A DNA stretch of 64,000 bases, taken from NCBI GenBank assembly GCA_030390025.1, contig CM059446.1, forward strand, positions 42,222,001 through 42,286,000, read 5' to 3'. The first letter of the stretch is position 1. The number at the start of each line of letters is the position of its first letter. The DNA comes from Squalus acanthias (lineage: Eukaryota). Position numbers and translations under genes: made by a program. The notes beneath the pieces are model-generated. The model saw only the letters and a program-made list of their open reading frames with translations, was not told the DNA's origin and did no database searches. This document shows positions 13,622-26,186 of the stretch, piece by piece.

Positions 13622-14478
13622 CAGGAGAGAGAGTAGGGATAATGGGCAGGTACTCAAATGGGCAGGATGTGACTAGTGGTGTCCCACAGGGATCTGTGTT
13701 GGGGCCTCAACTATTCACAGTATTTATTAATGACTTAGATAATGACATAGAAAGCCACATATCCAAATTTGACGATGACACAAAGATAGGCGACATTGTA
13801 GGCAGTGTCGATGAAAGTATAAAATTACAAAGGAATATTGATAGATTCAGTGAATGGGCAAAACTGTGGCAAATGGATTTCAATGTAGGCAAGTGTGAAG
13901 TCATCCACTTTGGACCAAAAAAGGATAGAACAGTACTTTCTAAATGGTGAAAAGCTAGAAACAGTGCAGGTCCAGAGACTTGGGGGGTCCAGGTACAGAG
14001 ATCATTAAAATGTTATGGATTGACTAGAATGATACCTGGATTCCAAGGGTTAAATTACGAGGAGAGATTACACAAACTAAGGTTGTAACAAACTGGAATT
14101 TTGAAGTTTAAAGGGTGATTTGATCGAAGTTTTCAAGATATTAAGGGGAACTGATAGGGTAGATAGAGAGAAGCTATTTCCGCTGGTTGGGGAGTCTGGG
14201 ACTAGGGACATAGCCTAAAAATTAGAGCCAGACCTTTCAGGAGTGAAGTTAGGAAACACTTCTACACACAAAGGGTAGTAGGAGTTTGGAACTCTCTTTC
14301 ACAAACGACAATTGATGCTAGATCAATTGTTAATTTTAAATCGGAGATTGATAGATTTCCGTTAGCCAAAGGTATTAAGGGATATGGGGCAAAGGCGGGT
14401 ATATGGAGTTGGTCACAGATCAGCCATTGAATGGCGGAACAGGCTTGAGGGGCTGAATGGCCTCCATCTGTTCCTATG
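13622..14478 (+). mobile_element. CR1 LINE RT and 3' fragment with deletions
   Basis: [32 protein letters not shown] motifs; CR1 3' tail. Confidence 0.9.
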
Positions 14479-14694
14479 CTGGTTGAGAATTTGTTTATGG
14501 CCTCTTAGATTTAACTCCGTTTTGTTAAATTCAACAGCCGCACTTGCTAGCAGCTTTTACTTTAATATCTGCAGATTTTAGCTTCCAGGACAAATATTCA
14601 AAGAGTAAAACTCATACTTTCTCCAGAGGCTGTTTCTGAGAGAAAAAAGGTTGGTAGACATGATGTTTACAACGGCACGATGGACCATGATACA

Positions 14695-15083
14695 ACCAAA
14701 ACTAGAGGCCATAAATGGAAGCTAGTCACTAATACATCCAATAAAGAATTCAGGAGAATCTTCTTTACCCTGATGCATTTAAGGGGAAGCTAGATAAGCA
14801 CATGAGGGAGAAAGGAATAGAAGGATATGCTGATGGGGTTAGATGAAGAGGGGTGGGAGGAGGCTCGTGTGAAGCATAAACACTGGCATAGACCAGTTGG
14901 GCCGAATGGCCTGTTTCTTTGCTGTAGATTCTATAACTATGTAGCAGACAGTGGGTTAGAATGTGGAACTCGCTACCACATGGAGTAGTCGAGGCGAATT
15001 GCATAGATGCATTGAAGGGGAAGCTAGATTTGAGGGAAAAAAGCAACAGAAGGATATGCAGCTAGGATTAGATGAAGTAAGGT
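14695..15083 (+). repeat. Left arm of an inverted repeat (CR1-in-CR1 composite)
   Basis: Reverse complement of 15934-16320, including the internal junctions. Confidence 0.9.
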
Positions 15084-15168
15084 CAGTGAGCACAGGAAGA
15101 TGCAGGTGGTAACAGTGGGAGATTCAGTGATTGGGAGATAGACAGGTATGTCTGTGACCAAGTCCTGT

Positions 15169-15516
15169 GGGGAATTTTAACGCCCATGACAGGCAGGAGA
15201 GGGGTGAAGGATCTGCCTATGATCGGGGTGGCGGGGGGAAGAAAAAGCTGACACTGCCCCTGCCGCACCCCCCCCCCACCCCCCAGGCCTCAGCTTGAAG
15301 TTGCAGATCAGGTCCCAATGACATAAATCGGACCCGATCTGCATATTTAAAGGACCCCACTTCCTTCCTGCGGGTGTCCTGCTCAAAAGAGCAGGTTAAT
15401 ATCAGGACACAACGGGAAGGAAGCGGGATCAGAGGAGTAAGTGACTGACTCGCATTATTTTAACTGCCATCCCTCCCCCAATTCCGCCAGACAGGTGGAG
15501 TCAAAATTAAGGCCCA
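15169..15516 (+). mobile_element. GC-rich MITE-like element nested in the old CR1
   Basis: Termini GGGGAATTTTAAC ... GTCAAAATTAAGGCCC, related to 3592-4335. Confidence 0.55.
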
Positions 15517-15857
15517 TGGTGTAAAAGGAGGGGCTTCAAGTCTGTGGGCACTGGGACTGGTTTCGTCACAGGAGGGGACTTTGCAGGAGGGATGAATTCT
15601 ACCTGAACTGAACTCAACTCAGCAACGATATACACCGAGGATAGAGCTGTTGATGTGTGTTTAAACTAATAACTTCAAGGAAGTGGGATAGAGTAATTAC
15701 CTCACTATTTTACTATCTCACTATCTTAGAGCAATGGGAAAAGGGTAAAAATGAGCGTCATGGAGGAAAGAATAAGGAAAACATAGAAGGGAGAAGGGTA
15801 CCAACAAATAACAATAGAGCATAAAGTGTGTATGAATGTATGAAGCAATATTACATA

Positions 15858-16441
15858 AAATTACATAGAATTTACAGCACAGAAACAGGTTATTTGGCCC
15901 AACAGGTCTATGCTTTACTCAAGCCTCCTCCCAACCTTACTTCATCGAATCCTAGCTGCATAACCTTCTATTGTTTTTTTCCTCAAATCTAGCTTCCCTT
16001 AAATGCATCTATGCAATTCGCCTCAACTACTCCATGTGGTAGCGAGTTCCACATTCTAACCCACTGTCTGCTACATAGTTATAGAATCTACAGCAAAGAA
16101 ACAGGCCATTCGGCCCAACTGGTCTATGCTGGTGTTTATGCTCCACACGAGCCTCCCCCCACCCCTCTTCATCTAACCCCATCAACAGATCCTTCTATTC
16201 CTTTCTCCCTCATGTGCTTATCTAGCTTCCCCTTAAATGCATCAGGGTAAAGAAGTTTCTCCTGAATTCTTTATTGGATGTATTCGTGACTAGCTCACAT
16301 TTATGGCCTCTAGTTTTGGTCTCCCTCACAGTGGAAGCATCTGTGTGTCTACCCTATCAAACCGCTTCATAATTTTAAAGACCTCTATTAGGTCAGCCCT
16401 CAGCCTTCTCTTTTCAAGAGAAAAGAGACCCAGCCTGTTCA
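15858..16441 (-). mobile_element. CR1 3' fragment with a second CR1 tail nested inside (contains the right arm of the inverted repeat, 15934-16320)
   Basis: Two successive catag..acagcacagaaacagg-type 3' ends at about 15865 and 16075. Confidence 0.85.
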
Positions 16442-17329
16442 GTCAGAGAACATTAAGGGGTCAGCAATTGTAACATAATTAGTTTTACCGTCAGAATAGA
16501 TAAAGAAAAAAAAACTGAGTCAAAACCAAAGCTGCTGAACTGGAAAAAGCAAGTTTTCGAGAGGGGAAAGGGGACGGAGTTCAGATTAATGGAAAAGTTG
16601 ACAGATAAAGCATGAGATGGGTATGGTACAGACTAAAACATTCGAAGCAGGCAAAGGCCAGAGTTCCATCGATGAATAAGAAGATTAGTCCCAAAAATAG
16701 TCTCAGAAGGAGGAATACTAAAAAATTAAGGTTAGTAACACAGAAGAAAATAAGGAGAAATAACAAAATCAAAGAAGTAGATTAGAATGGTTAAGAGAGA
16801 GTATGAAAAAAGATTTGCAAGCAACACAATGGGTCATAGAAAAGGCTTTTACAAGCACATCAAAGAAAGGGCGGGACCACTAAAGGATGAAGATGAAAGA
16901 ACAGCAGAGATGCTTAACAAATATTTCACCTCAGTATTTAGCAGAAGAGGCTGAAGGAATAACTGAAGGAGTTTCAGAGGCGGGCATGAAGGAACAACTA
17001 ATGAAATGAAATATTGAAAGGAAATGTTATTGAAAGACTTAATGGGACAAAGTTGATGAGCGACTAGACCTGCATGGTCTACATCTCCAGAATACTAAGG
17101 GAGGTTCGTGATGAAATAGCAGAGCCCTAATAATCTTACAGAATTCTTTCAAAACCGGTATTGGCAAAACCACTCCCTAAGACAGACAGCTCTGGCCAAC
17201 ATTGAGCATGAACAAAACTTGACAATTTCCTGCTTGCCGTGTTATTTTAAATCCCCTAATTAAGAGACCCGAGTGGCTCCGTCATCTTCCTCCTACTGGT
17301 CCCCAAACAGCAGTTCCAATGCTGTAGGA

Positions 17330-17705
17330 AGTAGAGTGAAAAGAAAACTGCTGAAGTGGTGAGAACAAGGCAAGAAAGGGGAGAAAAAAGGGAAGGAGGA
17401 TGGAGGGATGAAAACGAGTGAGGTGAGAATTAAAAATGAGCAGAGAAATGAAAATGAGGGAGGTGAGAAAAGTGGAGGAGAAATAAGTGATGGAGAGAAT
17501 GAGAAACAAAAGTGAGAGAGCAAAAAACAAAGTGAAGGAAGAGAGCAAGAAAACTAGAAGTAGAAAGCAAAACAGTGAAGGAAGAGATGGAGAAAGAGGT
17601 GAAGAAGAATGAAATGGATGTGAAAGAGGAGAGAGGGAATAGAAGAGGAGAGTGAAATCAGGAGGGAAGAACAGTGGAAATCAGGAGTGAAAGAGGAGAG
17701 ACAGA
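17330..17705 (+). repeat. GA-rich polypurine low-complexity tract
   Basis: About 370 bp of almost only G and A. Confidence 0.85.
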
Positions 17706-18299
17706 CTTAACACGGCCAGTAGATTTACCTGGAGGGATGCGAGAGGCTGAGTTTTTTGGTGGGGTCCAACCAAAACAGTTTGAGAATCACTGAATTGGTT
17801 GGTTTTGTTCTAAGTTTTTTTGTCAAGAATGTCAATTGGCTTGAAGAAGCTTGAGTGAAGCACTGTGGGTGGGCATGTGTGGTCAGGCCACCAGTGCCAC
17901 TACCATCACTTTGTCAGTGGTTGGTGAATATTACACCTCTGTGTAAAAAGGAAAAACAACCAACCAAGTAGCCTTGTGTTAGTAGCAAAACTACTGCGGA
18001 CAATAATAAGGGATAACATTAGCCCATACATTTTAAATATTCACTAATCAGCGATAGTACATTTTAGGAAAATTCATTCTATGTACTTCTACCTGCCTCA
18101 TTCCACACCTTAATTATTCGCATGTTCTGTGTCTCATATATATCTTTCATTTCTTTGACTTCTCTCATTATGTCTCTATTGTCCAATGCCAATCTCACTT
18201 CTACCATTTAATCATCGGTTTCCATTTCAGCACTTTACGTGTGTATGCCTTTGCTTTGTTCTGTTCCTTTGTAAATGCTGTTCAACGGTAATGTCTTCC

Positions 18300-18440
18300 A
18301 TTTCTGACAAAGACTTCATTCCCCAAAATATCAACTCAATTATCCTCTCCACAGATGCTGACCAACCTGCCGAGAGTTTCCAGCATTTTCTGTTTTTGTT
18401 TCAGATTTCGAGCATCTGCAGATTTTTTTGTTTCTTATTA
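18300..18440 (+). mobile_element. Degenerate Penelope-derived repeat arm
   Basis: ctctccacagatgctgaccaacctgccgagagtttccagcattttctgtttttgtttcagattt resembles 63200-63296. Confidence 0.65.
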
Positions 18441-18499
18441 CAAATGGAAATCTACTTTTAACTGGTAACATTCACAGTGGAGACAAGGCATAGGGAGAT

Positions 18500-18710
18500 G
18501 CAACAACAACTTTATATAAGCACCTTCAATGTAGCAAAACATCCCAAGGTGCTTCACAGGAGCACAATTAGACAAAAATTGACACCGAGCTAAAGAAGGT
18601 GATCACAGAGGTGACTTTTAAGGAGAGTCCTGAAAAGGAGGAAAGTGAGGTGGAGAAGTAGAGAAGCTAAAGGAAGGGAATTCCAGTGCTTAGGGTCTGG
18701 GCGACTGAAG
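18500..18710 (-). mobile_element. L2 LINE 3' end (left piece, split by CR1)
   Basis: caacaacaac tail plus L2 3' sequence homologous to 34318-34628; continues at 20915. Confidence 0.75.
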
Positions 18711-20908
18711 CATAGAAGATAGGAGCAGGAGTAGGCCATTCGGCCCCTCGAGCCTGGTCCGTCATTTAATGAGAGCATGGCTAATCATCCAAATTCAGTA
18801 CCCTGTCCCTGCTTTCTCCCCATATCCCTTGATCCCTTTAGCCTTAAGAAATATATCTAACTCCTTCTTGAATATATTTAAAGAATTGGCCTCAACTGCC
18901 TTCTGTGGTAGAGAATTCCACAGGTTCACCACTCTCTGGGTGAAGAAATTCCTCATCTCAGTCCTAAATGGCTTACCCCTTATCCTTAGACTGTGACCTC
19001 TGGTTCTGGACTCCCCCGCCATCGGGAACATCCTTCCTGCATCTAGTCTATCTAGTCCTGTTAGAATTTTATAAGTTTCAATGAGATCCCCTCTCATTCT
19101 TCTAAACTCTAACGAATATAAGCCTAATCGACCTAATCTCTCTTCATACGTCATTCCTGCCAGCCCAGGTATCAGTTTGATAAATCTTCGCTGCACTCCC
19201 TCCATGGCAAGAACATCCTTCCTCAGATAAGGCGACCAAAACTGCACACAATATTCAAGGTGTGGTCTCACCAAGGCCTTGTACCAACTGCAGCAAGACA
19301 TCCTTGCTCCTGTACTCGAATCCTCTCGCTATGAAGGCCAACATACCATTTGCCTTCTTAACCGCCTGCTGCACCTGCATGCTTACCTTCAGCGACTGGT
19401 GCACAAGGACTCCCAGATCTCGTTGCACTTCCCCTTTTCCCAATCTATTGCCATTCAGATAATAATCTGTCTTCCTGTTTTTGCCACCAAAGTGGATAAC
19501 CTCGCATTTATCCACATTATACTGCATCTGCCCAATCACCCAACCTGTCCAAATCATACTGGAGTTTCTCTGCATCCTCCTCACAGCACACACGCCCACC
19601 CAGCTTTGTGTCATCTGCAAACTTGGAGATATTACATCTAGTTCCCTCGTCTAGATCATTAATATATATTTTGAATAGCTGGGGTCCTAGCACCGATCCC
19701 TGCGGTACCCCACTAGTCACTGCCTGCCACTCGGAAAAAGACCCGTTTATTCCAACTCTTTGCTTCCTGTCTGCCAACCAGTTCTCTATCCAAATCAGTA
19801 CCTTACCCCCAATCCCATGTGCTTTAACTTTGCACGCTAACCTCTTATGCGGGACCTTATCGAAAGCCTTCTGAAAGTCCAAATACACCACATCCACTGG
19901 TTCTCCCTTATCTATTCTACCAGTTACTTCCTCAAAAAATTCCAGTAGATTAGTCAGGCATGATTTACCTTTTGTAAATCCGTGTTGACTTTGTCCGATC
20001 CTGTCACTGTTTTCCAAGTGCTCTGCTATTACATCTTTTATAATGGACTCTAGCATTTTGCCCACTACCGATGTCAGGCTTACCAGTCTATAATTCCCCG
20101 CTTTTTCTCTACCACCTTTTTTAAATAGTGGGGTTACATTAGCTACCCTCCAATCCATGGGAACTGTTCCAGAGTCTATAGAATTTTGGAAGATGACCAG
20201 CAATGCATCTACTATTTCTAGGGCCACTTCCTTAAGTACCCTGGGATGTAGATGATCAGGCCCTGGGGATTTATCGGCCTTCAATCCCGTCAATTTCCCT
20301 AACACCATTTCCCTACAAATACTGATTTCATTCAGTTCCTCCCTCTCATTAGACCTTATGTTCCCCGACATCTCTGGGAGGTTATTTGTGTCCTCCTTTG
20401 TGAAGACAGAACCAAAGTATGTATTTAATTGGTCTGCCATTTCTTTGTTCCCCATTATAAATTCCCCTGATTCTGACTGCAAGGGCCCTACGCTTGATTT
20501 CACCAATCTTTTTCTCTTCACATATCTATTGAAGCTTTTACAGTCAGTTTTTATGTTCCCTGCAAGCTTACTCTCATATTCTATTTTCCCCCTCTTAATT
20601 AATCCCTTTGTCCTCCTTTGCTGAATCCTAAACTGCTCCCAATCCTCAGGTTTGCTGCTTTTTCTGGCCAATTTATTTGTCCCCTCCTTGGATCTTATGC
20701 TATCCCTAATTTCCCTTGTTAGCCACGGTTGAGTCACCATTTTTGTTTTATTTTTATGCCAAACAGGGATGAACAAATTCTGTAGTTCATCCATGCGATC
20801 TTTAAATGTTTGCCATTGCCTATCCACCGTCAACCCTTTAAGTAACGCTCCCCAATCCATCCTAGCCAACTCGCGCCTCATACCATCGTAGTTTCCTTTA
20901 TTTAAATT
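18711..20908 (-). mobile_element. Young 5'-truncated CR1 LINE (2.2 kb ORF2 with RT; frameshifted)
   Basis: ORFs 19517-21211, 19255-19620 and 18795-19301 contain [46 protein letters not shown] and FADDTK. Frameshifts near 19530 and 19285. Confidence 0.95.
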
Positions 20909-20914
20909 CATAGA

Positions 20915-21515
20915 CGGCATGGCCACAAATGGTGGGGTGAAGGAAGTGGGGGATGGACAAGCAGCCAGAGTTGAAGTAACAGAGTTCTTGGAGGGTTGTA
21001 GGGCTGGAGGATTGGAGGGCTGGAGGAGGTTACAGAAATAGGGACAGGCAAGACCATGGCGGGGGAGTGGGACTAGCTGAAGTGCTCTTGCGGGCTCGAC
21101 AGGCCTTCTTCCGTGCTGTAACCATTCTATGATTCTATAATAGAACAAGGGGATGAGAATTTTAAAATCAAGGTGTTTGGGTATCGGGAGCCAATGTAGG
21201 TCAGCGAGCACAGTGGTGGGTGGACAGGACTTGGTGCAATTTAGGATACGGGCAGCAGAGTTTTGATGAGCTTAAGTTTATGGAGGACGGAAGATGGGAG
21301 TCTGGCCAGGGGAGCGTTGGAATAGTCAAGTCTGGAGATAATAAAAACATGAAGGTTTCAGCAGGTGGTCTTGGGAAATGAAGAGGATATTGGGTCGAAG
21401 CTCAGCTCGGGGTCAAATAGGATGCCGAAGTTGAGAACAGTCCGGTTCAGCCTCAGACAGTGGCCAGGGAGAGGGATGGAGTCATTGGCTAGGGAAGGGA
21501 GTTTGTAGCAGGAAC
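20915..21515 (-). mobile_element. L2 LINE fragment (right piece), containing a short plus-strand CR1 tail at about 21062-21138
   Basis: [18 protein letters not shown] is the L2 HWLP motif. Confidence 0.8.
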
Positions 21516-21681
21516 CGAAGGGAGGGTAGGAATCACCTACACCTTATGGGAAGACTCACCTCTATGCCATCATCAGACCACTGGTTTACAAAGAGAAGTG
21601 AAGGACATTCTGAATATGTGAATTAACCTCTCAGATTAGAGTAGTTACTTATGTAAACTTTCATCTCAAAGTAGCACATTA

Positions 21682-22231
21682 ATGGCTCAGATTTTGCAGT
21701 AAAAATAATGGTGAGGCTACCATCGCTCACCGTTATTATGGAGTAAATCGGACAGCAACTTCTGGCAACCACACATGTGCAGTTAAATGCAGAAATCAGG
21801 AAGTTGCCGTCCAAGTTGCCCTGCTCCTCCAGAAGGTTGCTACACCGATACCTCACCAAGAGACTCGGCATTCAAATACATGAAGGGTGTGAAGCTGAGG
21901 TACTTAAGTCTCTTAATCCCATCTTTCTTTCCCTTTCTCTATTTTGCTTTCTGTACATGATTTTACATTGAATTAGCTATTCTAACTTACATGTCCTGGT
22001 TCAGACTCAGCATGTCTCAGTAAGGATTCTTAAATCTGATTGGTTAAGGAGTCACACAGTTGCTTGCCCTGTTCACACAGGTCCCAGATCCCCTGTAGAG
22101 GGTGCTGCACTGTTTTAGATTTCTAATCTCCACAAGTTCCAGTAAAAAAGCCCAGAGAAGGTCTGTGGGCAAATGCAAGTGTAATGAACGGCTGGCGCTG
22201 TTTGTTTGCCACTCCGGGCAAAATCCGGGCC
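21682..22231 (+). mobile_element. Non-autonomous DNA element with short TIRs, flanked by TTAA
   Basis: TTAA-TGGCTCAGATTTTGC ... GCAAAATCCGGGCCA-TTAA. Confidence 0.6.
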
Positions 22232-22664
22232 ATTAATTTATTTATGTGGCAATATTAAGAGTAGACAAATGCATTGTATGATTTTTAAAATGGCGATATT
22301 TAGTAGCCCAATCATATTTTAAAAAGAGGATGCATTAAGATGGGAAAGAGAACCATCTACTGAAGACAGTACAAACTGTTGACATGTTTGAATTAATGTT
22401 TGAATAATGAACTTAATCAGTTCTTCCAACTGCTCATCAATTTAGGGTATCTACACCATTTCAAACAGACTCCCAAGAATAGGCTGGTTCCATGGATGAT
22501 ACTTGCGAACAGGTCAACATTCAGTTGCAGCCAAACTGTTCCCGTGACTCAGTTTTATCTACACAAGTTGCTGAATCTAGCTCTGGCCAGCAAAAGTTGG
22601 TTTTCACTTTGTTTTGGCTAGTTCCAATTAAAATATTAAGCCAGATCAAATCTGCTATAATTTA

Positions 22665-22758
22665 TCGTAAGGTCATCGACCTGAAACGTTAACTCTCTTT
22701 CTCTCTCCACGGATGCTGCCTGGCCTGCTGAGTTTTTCCAGCATTTTCTGTTGTTATT
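22665..22758 (+). mobile_element. Truncated Penelope-derived insertion with 14-bp target-site duplication
   Basis: ggtcatcgacctgaaacgttaac... as in the 63-kb palindrome; tctgctataattta at 22651-22664 and 22759-22772. Confidence 0.8.
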
Positions 22759-22799
22759 TCTGCTATAATTTAGGCTGTTTGAAAATTGGTTTAAATCAG

Positions 22800-23183
22800 C
22801 TTCTCCCAATAGCTCAGCTGAATAAAGGAGTGAGTTAGATATGTCATACAGACCAGAAAGGGTTGATCCCTGGTCTGTGCTTAGTTAGCTGATCTCAGTA
22901 GGAGTGACACAACAATTGGCTTCACTGCTCCTGGGTTAACAAGGAGATTACTGAAGACGATTTCACTCCCGATTGCTATCCAGTGACTTTTGCTGGATGC
23001 GTCAAGTGGATATCGGGTGCGGGCAGGATGCTGCCAGTGGTGACAAAGTCTGACACTCTCTTGGCTCGTACATGAAAAACAGGCACTCAACCAAAGTACC
23101 AGAGGGCACCTGTGGAACAGCAACTCTGCATGGAGTCAGTGTCCTTCAGATGAGGGAAGGCTAGGAGAAAACTGGCAGAAAAA
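22800..23183 (+). mobile_element. LF-SINE-like element
   Basis: ggtctgtgcttagttagctgatctcag..acaattggc..gattgctatccagtgac..ggagtcagtgtccttcag matches the recalled LF-SINE consensus. Confidence 0.6.
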
Positions 23184-23371
23184 GGTAGGATTTTATTTTA
23201 AACTGACCGAATTGGCATGAACTAGACCATCATCAGGGGGGTTTAGGCCTGAGAAAAGTTAATCACACTCGAAGAGACATGAATGAGTTCAAATATCTTG
23301 AAGAATTGTCTTGAAGATGATTATTTTTTTTCCATTAAATGTGTAGCAACAATGTATTTTTATGGAAAAAC

Positions 23372-23377
23372 TTTATT
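23372..23377 (-). terminator. Candidate distal polyadenylation signal AATAAA
   Basis: Minus strand reads TTTAAATAAAGTTTTTCCATAAAAATACATTGTTGCT: hexamer, possible CA cleavage site, then a GU/U-rich tract. The UTR-like sequence ends nearby. Confidence 0.45.
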
Positions 23378-24909
23378 TAAACTGTGCAATCGTTTCAAAA
23401 TTCAGACTATTTTACAACAGTTTTAAAACATTTTGGCTTTTAGACTAGTTATATTTTTTGGCATGACTTAGCAAAATTACAGATCAGGCACCTGAACTTG
23501 GAGGCGGCGTTCACTGTAACGCTATTATAAAATAGGAAAACACAGTTTCTCAGTAAAAAGTAGTTAAAGACATAAATGAGGTACATTCACAAATCAAGAC
23601 AAACGTTCATTCTCCTGCAGCAATGGACATGAAGTGAAGCCGATCCCCTGAGACAAATAAAATTTGATATAATCCAGGTCCACCGTCCAGTAGCAGGATC
23701 ACAAACACGGCCTTTACAAGACAATTGGCAATTGAAGATAGAAGGCTCAGAACACCTGAGATACATCATCAGACTGGGCCCTCCACTTCTTCCCTTTAGT
23801 TCACATCTTAACAGTAGGCTCTAAATCAAAAAACTAACACATTATTGTTTTGTTCTCATCACAAAGGAATAAAAACACAATAGCAAAAAAAGTAAAATGC
23901 AGATTACAGTTACTTTTCTTTCCCGCTCTGGTGTAATGAGTGGTCACATGACACACTTCAGTACCGCTACATCGGTTAGCTTAAGTGGATGTAGTAAATG
24001 TCACATGGGCACCCATTGCACCAGCCACACAAGTTTAATACATATATCAAAATGAAAATACAATTTCAGACAGTTTAACACACAATTCCAGATTAATGTG
24101 CATCAACAAATACTTAAATTCAAAATGAGGCAGTAGTTTCTACTTGTATTTCATCAACATCTCCTAGCCTCAAAGTATCGGCAAAATCTCATCAGCTCAC
24201 CAGCATATTTTCCATAGACTTACTGGACTAATTGGACATGGTTATCGCCTAAAACTGTGCTAACGTTTCCTAATGTGTTGATGTTGTCAGTAGCATGAGA
24301 TTTATCAGGCACCCTAATAAATTTAAAAGGCAGTTGCACAAATTAATACAATTAGTCCAAAGCACTTTGTAAAATTTGATGTGGCTGTAGATACAGCCTG
24401 ATGTATCACAAACTTCCCCAGCAACCAACAAAGCAGAATTTCTAGGGCGAGGTGTATTTTACAAGGATCTTGTCTGATAAACTCCCTATACCCTTTAATT
24501 ACATAGAGTAAATATCAGTATCTATCTACATAATATCTGAGACACAATTGAAGAGTCGGAAAATATGCTGGTGGCTTTTAACAGCAGTTCTCAGTCTTGA
24601 AGTACTGTACATTACATCTCAGAATGTATTACCTTCGTAGTATATTTCTGCTGACTGTGCATTTCTTGACCTACATTAAAAAGACCATGTGGGGGGTAGT
24701 ACAGAAGCTGCAATGATACAAAATCGACTTTCAACTTGTAAACACTACAGCAAATCCCAATAATGACCAAGATTGGCATAGTATTTTCCAGAAGACCTAC
24801 TTTGCTAGCCTGGGTCATGTAATGGATGGGGAAAAATATGGCATTGCCCTGATTGGTGTCCTCCTGAAATAGGACTACCACCTTTTACCGAGCCCAAAGC
24901 TGAATAGGA

Positions 24910-26186
24910 GTACATAAGAACATAAGAAATAGGAGCAGGAGTAGGCCAATCGGCCCCTCGAGCCTGCTCCGCCATTCAATAAGATCATGGCTGATCTGAT
25001 CCTAACCGCCAATCTACTATCTACTATCACAGAACCATCTCCTGCATCTAACAGAATTGCACACACGAAATAGGAGCAGAATCAGGCTACACGGTCCCTG
25101 GGCCCGCTCCACTACCCACAGGGCCATGACCGATCCGAACCAAGACTCATGTCCAAATTCCTGCCCGCTCCCCGTAACCCTTAATGCCCTTTACTTCTAG
25201 GAAACTGTCTATTTCTGTTTTAAATTTATTTAATGATGCAGCTTCTACAGCTTTTTGTGGCAGCATATTCCATGGACCTACCACCCTCTGAGTGAAGTAG
25301 TTTCTCCTCATCTCAGTTTTGAAAGAGCAGCCCCTTATTCTAAAACTATGTCCCCTAGTTCTAGTCTCACCAGTCATCGGGAACATCCTCCCCGCATCCA
25401 CCCGATCCAACCCCTTCACAGTCTTATATGTTTCAATAAGATCGCCTCTCATTCTTCTGAACTCCAATGAGTAGAGTCCCAATCTACCCAACCTCTCCTC
25501 ATATGACCACCCCCTCATCCCCGGGATTAACCGAGTGAACCTTTTTTGCACTGCCTCGAGAGCAAGGATGTCTTTCCTTAAGTAAGGACACCAAAACCGT
25601 ATGCAGTATTCCAGGTGCGGTCTCACCAATACCTTGTACAACTGAAGCAATACCTCCCTATTTTTATATTCTATCCCCCTAGCAATGAAAGCCAACATTC
25701 CATTTGCCTTCTTAATCACTTGCTGCACCTGCATACTAACCTTTTGAGTTTCGTGCACCAGGACCCCCAGATCCCTTTGCACTTCAGTACTCTCCAGTTT
25801 CTTGCCATTAAGATAATAAATTGCTCTAGGATTTTTCCTGCCAAAGTGCATCACCTCACACTTTCCAGTGCTGTATTCCATCTGCCAAATCTCTGCCCAC
25901 TTACTTAGCCTGTCTATGTCCCCTTGCAGGTTTTTTATGTCCTCCTCACTCACTACTTTCCCTCCCATCTTTGTATCATCTGCAAATTTTGATATGTTAC
26001 ACTTGGTCCCTTCCTCCAAATCGTTAATATAGATTGTAAAGAGTTGGGGACCCAGCACTGACCCCTGTGGAACACCACTAGTTACTGATTGCCAGTCTGA
26101 GAATGAACCATTTATCCCAACTCTTTGCGTTCTGTTAGATAGCCAATCCTCTATCCATGCCAGAATATTACCCCCAATCCCGTGAG
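24910..26186 (-). mobile_element. CR1 LINE (RT to 3' end) with an uninterrupted ~345-codon ORF2 remnant and a double 3' tail
   Basis: ORF 25147-26202 has [32 protein letters not shown] and LVRPHLEYC. Tail motifs aataggagcag at about 24928 and 25068. Confidence 0.95.

Larger units (their letters stand above)
15090..17160 (+). mobile_element. Old fragmented CR1 (ORF1 esterase remnant plus ORF2 remnants) hosting nested insertions
   Basis: VGDSVI..DRYVC and G.K.GF...HWD.F..RRGL.RRD.F.LN ORF1-like remnants. ORF2-like remnants at 16830-17150 (GPLKDE..AEMLNKYFTSVF; HP..LRE...EIAEP). Confidence 0.6.

Noticed and set aside
17282-17548. Hydrophobic membrane-protein-like ORFs
   Set aside because: They are translations of the CT-rich strand of a low-complexity tract.
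19517-21211. 564-aa ORF as a host or domesticated reverse transcriptase gene
   Set aside because: It is a chance read-through from L2 sequence into a 5'-truncated CR1 ORF2. It has no endonuclease domain and is frameshifted downstream.
1-23300. Exons of a neighbouring gene (PYGO1 is adjacent in human)
   Set aside because: No recognisable coding sequence found; very short exons could have been missed by eye.
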